From an uncultured Pelagibacteraceae bacterium (GTDB lineage Bacteria; Pseudomonadota; Alphaproteobacteria; Pelagibacterales; AG-422-B15), in the NCBI GenBank assembly GCA_902544065.1, contig CACCAS010000002.1, positions 1,517 through 65,516 on the forward strand: a DNA stretch of 64,000 nucleotides. Direction: 5' to 3'. Within the stretch, counting starts at the first letter, position 1; each line of letters starts with the position of its first letter. Under the pieces are notes generated by a model that ran no database searches, was not told where the DNA came from, and was given only the letters and a program-made list of their open reading frames with translations. Shown here one piece after another: positions 62,421 through 64,000 of this stretch. The position numbers were made by a program, and so were the translations under genes.

Positions 62421-63035
62421 ATGAGTGAAGCATTTCAATACTTAGATATATTAATACTAGCAATCATAGCTGGTATAGTCTTATTGCGTTTAAGAAGTGT
62501 ATTGGGAAGACGAACAGGTCATGAAAAAACTGACAAGTCTTCATTTAATTACGAAACTCCGCAACAAACTCAAACTGAGAAGGTCATAGAAATCAAACCT
62601 GAAAGTGACACACCAAGCAGAGAAGACGGCTGGTTTGATAAGGATGACTTTCTTAAAGGCGCATCTAATGCTTATGAGACAATTGTAACTAATTTTGAAA
62701 ACGGTAATAAAGAAGCTTTAAAGCCTCTCTTATCAAAAGATGTAATGGATAGCTTTTCATCTGTCATTGATGAGCGTAACAGTAAAAGTGAATCAGTAGA
62801 ATTTAATTTTATCGGTATTGAAAAGTCTGAAATTGTTCATAAAGATTTAAAGAAAAATCCCATGGAAGTTAGTGTGAGATTTATTTCTGAAATGATTACA
62901 TGTATAAAAAACAGTAAAGATGAAGTTATTTCAGGAAGTTTGAATCAAGTCCAAAAAATAACTGATGTCTGGACTTTCGAAAAAAATCAAAAATCAAAAG
63001 GTTCTAACTGGCTTTTAGCAGCTACGACTGACTAA
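62421..63035 (+). CDS. Tim44-like domain protein
   Basis: 204 aa; one N-terminal TM helix then a Tim44-type C-terminal domain (F..GA..AYE.I...F..G); secB-adjacent as in other alphaproteobacteria. Confidence 0.65.
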   Translation: MSEAFQYLDILILAIIAGIVLLRLRSVLGRRTGHEKTDKSSFNYETPQQTQTEKVIEIKPESDTPSREDGWFDKDDFLKGASNAYETIVTNFENGNKEALKPLLSKDVMDSFSSVIDERNSKSESVEFNFIGIEKSEIVHKDLKKNPMEVSVRFISEMITCIKNSKDEVISGSLNQVQKITDVWTFEKNQKSKGSNWLLAATTD

Positions 63036-63460
63036 TCTAATATATACTTACCAAACTTATTTTTTAAGTCTTTCGGAATAGAGGCTGGCCTCATTTCATC
63101 TTGATTAGTGTTAACCCAAATAATTTCAGCTTCATTTATCAATTCATCAGACCCATCTCTATATATTTCTTGTGCAAATGTAATGCTTGAATTTCCAATT
63201 TTTTTAATTGCTGTATAAATGCTTATTTCATCATTTAGTCTTGCTGGATTTTTAAAATTTAATTGAGCCGCAACTGTATGAAACTCATTATTGGTTTCTT
63301 TAATATATTCTTCTTGATCAAATAAACTATCAAGCATCTCACTTAAGGAAATGTCATAGTAAGTTAGGTAGTGAGAGTTATAAACAATATTTTGTCTATC
63401 AACTTCTGAATAGCGTATTTTTAATTTACTGATATATGTTCTTTTTTCTTTTAAAGACAT
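63032..63460 (-). CDS. acyl-CoA thioesterase, 4HBT/YbgC-like hotdog fold
   Basis: 142 aa; IRYSEVDRQNIVYNSHY active-site region. Confidence 0.75.
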   Translation of the reverse strand: MSLKEKRTYISKLKIRYSEVDRQNIVYNSHYLTYYDISLSEMLDSLFDQEEYIKETNNEFHTVAAQLNFKNPARLNDEISIYTAIKKIGNSSITFAQEIYRDGSDELINEAEIIWVNTNQDEMRPASIPKDLKNKFGKYILD

Positions 63461-63463
63461 TGC

Positions 63464-64000
63464 TTAAAGAATGAATTTAGATAAATCTGCATCCTTAGAT
63501 AGTTCGCTAACATTACTTTTCACATACTCTGCATCTATTGTGATATTTTCTCCACCTTTGTCAGATGCAGAAAAACTAATATCTTCTAAAACTCGTTCAA
63601 GAATTGTATGAAGTCTTCGCGCCCCAATATTTTCAATTGTAGAATTTATATCAACAGCAAGAGTTGCAATGGCGTCAATTCCATCTTTGCTGAAGTTAAT
63701 TATGACATTCTCCGTTCCCATTAAGGCTTCATACTGTTTGATCAAACTATACTTCGGTTCAGTGAGTATGCGTTTAAAGTCCTCTTGCGTTAATGCTTTT
63801 AAGTTTACCCTTATCGGCAGTCTTCCTTGTAGTTCCGGTAGTAAATCTGATGGTTTTGATAATTGAAAAGCTCCAGAAGCGATAAATAGTATATGATCTG
63901 TTTTTATAGTTCCGTGTTTTGTATTCACGGTTGTGCCTTCAATTAGTGGAAGAAGATCTCTCTGAACACCCTCTCGAGATACATCACCACCTACTCTCTC
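63464..64000 (-). CDS. hslU: ATP-dependent protease ATPase subunit HslU (C-terminal part; N-terminus beyond window end)
   Basis: reading frame stays open to the window edge (…[21 protein letters not shown]…); [20 protein letters not shown]; the track Met at 63928 is internal. Confidence 0.9.
   Translation of the reverse strand, partial: ERVGGDVSREGVQRDLLPLIEGTTVNTKHGTIKTDHILFIASGAFQLSKPSDLLPELQGRLPIRVNLKALTQEDFKRILTEPKYSLIKQYEALMGTENVIINFSKDGIDAIATLAVDINSTIENIGARRLHTILERVLEDISFSASDKGGENITIDAEYVKSNVSELSKDADLSKFIL

Noticed and set aside
1-64000. Searched by eye for CRISPR repeats, transposase/integrase genes, toxin-antitoxin pairs, restriction-modification or other defence modules, rRNA, tmRNA, RNase P, and structured G+C-rich leaders in all spacers longer than 60 nt
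   Set aside because: None was found. The spacers are AT-rich and unstructured apart from the two hairpin terminators and the tRNA. The window looks like core, origin-proximal chromosome rather than an accessory island.

Overview
Visibly AT-rich, very tightly packed chromosomal segment. Most genes abut or overlap and the largest spacer is about 275 bp. Gene content and order are typical of the origin-proximal region of a streamlined marine alphaproteobacterium (Pelagibacterales-like; this is inference from synteny and composition, no search was run). The backbone is hemE-hemH-hemJ-rho ... fdx-mnmE-mnmG-rsmG-parA-parB, convergent with leuS-(TPR sulfotransferase)-lptE-holA, and maf-aroE-coaE-dnaQ, secB, fxsA, hslU on the far side of hemE. 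I call about 67 CDS, one tRNA-Gly(GCC), two strong hairpin terminators, a perfect 16-bp parS palindrome inside rsmG, and a candidate oriC in the hemE-maf spacer. No rRNA, CRISPR array, transposase, integrase, phage or recognisable defence genes were seen. Items for a second look: (1) an apt-mtnP-mtnA operon translationally coupled to a class II aldolase::SDR fusion, possibly a fused DHAP-shunt-like SAM by-product salvage end. (2) An envelope gene trio: an oversized DUF1302-like barrel, DUF1329, and a BNR/Ycf48-like propeller, followed by an SDR instead of the usual RND partner. (3) A TPR-sulfotransferase wedged into the leuS-lptE-holA operon. (4) A 51-aa SDHAF4/DUF1674-type ORF absent from the ORF track. 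(5) Six convergent gene pairs whose stop codons abut or physically overlap. All family assignments come from motifs read by eye and remembered family signatures. No alignments, HMMs, GC or skew calculations were run.
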